Translations under genes and position numbers: made by a program
Notes under the pieces: model-generated
The model's database searches: none
What the model saw: the letters and a program-made list of their open reading frames with translations, nothing else
What the model was told of the DNA's origin: nothing
Assembly: GCF_964213995.1 (NCBI RefSeq)
Contig: NW_027590140.1
Span: forward strand, 558,001 to 622,000
Direction: 5' to 3'
Origin: Mustelus asterias
Lineage: Eukaryota
DNA: 64,000 nucleotides
Shown: in pieces, positions 60,925 to 64,000 of the stretch
Layout of the letters: the number at the start of each line of letters is the position of its first letter
How positions within the stretch are numbered: the first letter of the stretch is position 1

Positions 60925-62240
60925 TGAGTCATAGTCATGGAGTCATAGAGGTTTACAGCATGGCACCGGGCCCTTCGGCCCAACTTGTCCATGCCGCCCC
61001 TTTATTTGACCTCTAAGCAAGTCCCAATTGCCCCGTTTGGCCCATATACCTCTCTACCCATCATACCCATGTAACTTTCTAAACACATTTTAAAAGACGA
61101 AATTGTACCCGCCTCCACTACTACCTCTGGTAGCTTGTTCCAGACACTCACCACTCTCTGTGTGAACAAATTGCACCTCTGGACCCTTTTGTTTCTCTCC
61201 CCTCTCACCTTAAACCCCTGCCCTCTAGTTTTAAACTCCCCGACCTTTGGGAAAAGATAATGACTTTCCAGCTGGTCAATGTCCCTCATCATTATATACA
61301 CCTCTAGAAGATCAGCCCTAAGCCTCCTACGCTTAAGGGAAAAAAGTCCCAGTCGATCCAGCCTCCCCTTATAACTCAAACCATCAAGTCCCAGTAGCAT
61401 CCTAGTACTTTTTTTCTGCTCTCTTTCTAGTTTTATAACGTCTGTCCTATAATAGGGTGACCAGAACTGTACACAGTATTCCATGTGTGGCCTTAGCAAT
61501 GTCTTGTACAACTTCAACAAGACGTCCCAGCTCCTGCATTCAATATTCTGACCAATGAAACCAAGCATCCAAGCACGCCGAATGCCTTCTTCATCACTCT
61601 GTGACTCCACTTTCAAGGAGCTATGAACCTGTGCCCCTAGATCTCTTTGTTCTATTACTCTCCCCAACGCCCTATCATTAACTGAGTAAGTCCTGCCCTG
61701 GTTCGACCTGACAAAATGCATCACCTTGCATTTATCTGAATTGAACTCCATCTGCCATTCGTCAGCCCACTGGCACAATTGATCAAGATCCCGTTGCAAT
61801 CCAAGATAACCTTCTTCACTGTCCAGTATGTCAGCAATCTTGGTGTCATCTACAAACTTTATAATCATGCCTCCTAAATTCTCATCCAAATCATTAATAT
61901 AAATGACAAATAATAGTGGACCCATCACTGACCCCTGAGGCATACCGCTGATCACAGGCCTGCAGTTTGAAAAGCAACCCTCTACAACCACCCCGTTCTC
62001 TGTCATCAAGCCAATTATGCATCCATTTCACTACCTTACGCTAGATCCCGTGAGATTTAACCTTATGCAACAATCTACCATTTGGTACCTTGTCAAATGC
62101 CTTGCTAATGTTCATGTAGACAACGTCAACTGCACTGCCCTCGTCTACCACCCACTGGCTGAAGCAACTCCTCCTCATCTCGGTTCTAAAGATTCGTCCC
62201 TTTACTCTGAGGATGTGTCTTTGCATCCTAATTTCTCCTA
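60925..62240 (-). mobile_element. CR1 LINE ORF2 fragment
   Basis: 335-aa ORF 61002..62009 with GMPQGSVMGPLLF, FVDD, PHMEYCVQFWSP. (TATGAC)n-type tail near 60930. Confidence 0.92.
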
Positions 62241-62812
62241 CGCATGGAAACATCTTCCACAGCTCCGCACGTTTTCCGAAGTTTTGGTATTCATTCGACT
62301 TCGTCGCAACCAGGGTTTGAACAGAGAATTCCAGCAATGATGCTCGCAGGATCACCATCATTTTACGATATAAATAGGAAAAGTAACAAAGACAGTGTTC
62401 AAGGAGCACCAATTCAGGTGTCTGGGCAGCATTTATATCTTAGTGTATATTGGAGTAAACATTGAAAATAGTCAACAGCCAAATGCGAACTTGCATTAAA
62501 AAAAACATTTGTCAGCTGAAGACGCCAAATTAAAGCCCAGTTTGGGTGTGGGGCGTGGGGGAGGATGGGTTAGCAGTTGAGGGGGGGGGGGGTCACAAAC
62601 TCACGTGACATTATCACTAGAGCCTGTATGGATGGTAGACTGATGAAGTCACAATAGACACCCCTTGCCCTCCCCCCAATCACACGCACACAGACAAACT
62701 GACACACACTCACTCACACATTGCAATCAACGGAACAGAGCTCGGATTGCCTCTCTCTTTCTCAATCTCTGACTCCGTCCATTCTCATTCACTGAAAGAG
62801 ATTCAGTCAGAT

Positions 62813-62846
62813 ATGTTTCTGACCATTCTGGCGGCGCTTTTGAACA
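62813..62846 (+). other. Leader exon of the 63021 V with mutated splice donor
   Basis: MFLTILAALLN + A (34 nt, phase 1), followed by GGAAGT instead of GTAAGT. Confidence 0.7.
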
Positions 62847-63020
62847 GGAAGTACCGGATAACGTTCATCAAGCCAGACAAACATATTAATATACATAGAT
62901 GGCATTTTAATGAACCATCAGGAATATCTATGTGAGGCGTAGATGGGAGGTTCCACAAACTGTCACAGGTACAAGAAAATTTACAATAACTCTTGATATT
63001 TAATTCCTCTATCTTTACAG

Positions 63021-63307
63021 GTGGACTATGCGCAGATCCAGTTGCGCAGTCACCGGTGAAAATAACCGCATCAGAAGGGGGTTCGGTGCAGTTAGATTGT
63101 AACTATACAGGCAAGGGTATGAGCTACATGCAATGGTATCAGCAGAAACCGGCACAGGCACTGAGATGGATTATTACCACAATATTAGTACTGAAGGAAA
63201 ATAAAGTTTCAGGACGATATCTGGCGGCTTCTGACAAGTCTAATGGTTACCTCAAAATCAGCGGCCTCATTCTGGAGGACGTGGCGGTCTATTACTGTGC
63301 AGTGAGG
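63021..63307 (+). CDS. TCR V segment (alpha-like), open frame
   Basis: TTTACAG acceptor, then DPVAQSPVKITASEGGSVQLDCNYTGKGMSYMQWYQQKPAQALRWII..LEDVAVYYCAVR. RSS: CACAGCG 63308-63314, 23 bp, ACAAAAAAA 63338-63346. Confidence 0.88.
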
Positions 63308-63702
63308 CACAGCGTTAGACTACAGCTAGAACCCCGTACAAAAAAACCTCAGCAAGTATTTACAGCTCGACTAAGCTGGGTTCACGATTGTAGTCAGGTC
63401 GCTTTAATGGGCAGTTTTTTTTCTGTCGTTGTTTAGATACACAAAGAAGCAGTTTGGAAAATATCTGGACTAATGTCCGTGCCGCCATTGATATAATAAA
63501 TTTAAACGCGGAACATTTAACACCCAGCAGAAGGATGCACTCAGAAGTGGAATTAACATAGCAGGAAATTAATGGCTGTTCTTCCAGAAATTTTATCTGA
63601 GATGAATCTCAGGACCCTGACTCCTCGGCACTCGTGAAATACAGAATGGAGTAAACACTTCTGTAGCACTAAACAAATGAGATGTAGAACACGCGCCTCA
63701 GA

Positions 63703-64000
63703 AAGTCACCCAGAAATACTACTATTATTATCAATCCGGGAGTCAGAGACTCACTCAGCAACACGACTATTATTATCAATCCGGAACACAGAGACTCTCC
63801 CAGCAACAAGACTATTATTATCAATCCGAGACATACAGACTCACCCAGCAACACGACTATTATTATCAATCCGGGACACAGAGACTCACCCAGCAACACG
63901 ACTATTATTATTAATCCGGGACACAGAGACTCACCCAGCAACACGACTATTATTATCAATCCGGGACACACCGAGACTTACCCAGCAACACGACTATTAT
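63703..64000. repeat. Minisatellite, 45-bp unit, runs off the window end
   Basis: GACTCACCCAGCAACACGACTATTATTATCAATCCGGGACACAGA repeated at least 6 times. Confidence 0.93.

Noticed and set aside
63669-63971. 100-aa hydrophobic repeat ORF (GLIIIVVLLGESLCP)n
   Set aside because: A translation artefact of the 45-bp minisatellite.

Overview
Vertebrate, almost certainly cartilaginous-fish (shark), genomic DNA from the variable-segment array of a T-cell receptor alpha/delta-type locus. It is heavily invaded by CR1-like LINEs, a Rex1/Babar-like LINE and tRNA-derived HE1-like SINEs. I can read 10 conventional TCR V segments in both orientations, each ending in a 22-24 bp-spacer RSS. Eight are clearly disabled, one has a broken leader splice donor and one has a weak leader. 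The only fully intact antigen-receptor unit is a minus-strand NAR-TCR cassette: TATA + leader, an IgNAR-like V ending in a 12-RSS, a 23-RSS J, then a leaderless supporting V-delta with a CDR1 cysteine. The cassette has unusual features: no separate D segment (the V looks germline-joined to D-like sequence), a tandemly duplicated 23-RSS on the supporting V, and a vestigial leader exon. About 11 kb downstream on the same strand lies an orphan, open, splice-intact pair of immunoglobulin heavy-chain membrane exons (TM1/TM2). No recognisable Ig constant exons accompany them, and they are splice-phase compatible with the NAR J donor. An intact two-exon GPR139-like GPCR gene sits inside the V array. 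There are three tRNA pseudogenes, one with an intron-like insert. All family assignments are by eye from motifs; no database search was possible, and repeat boundaries are approximate.
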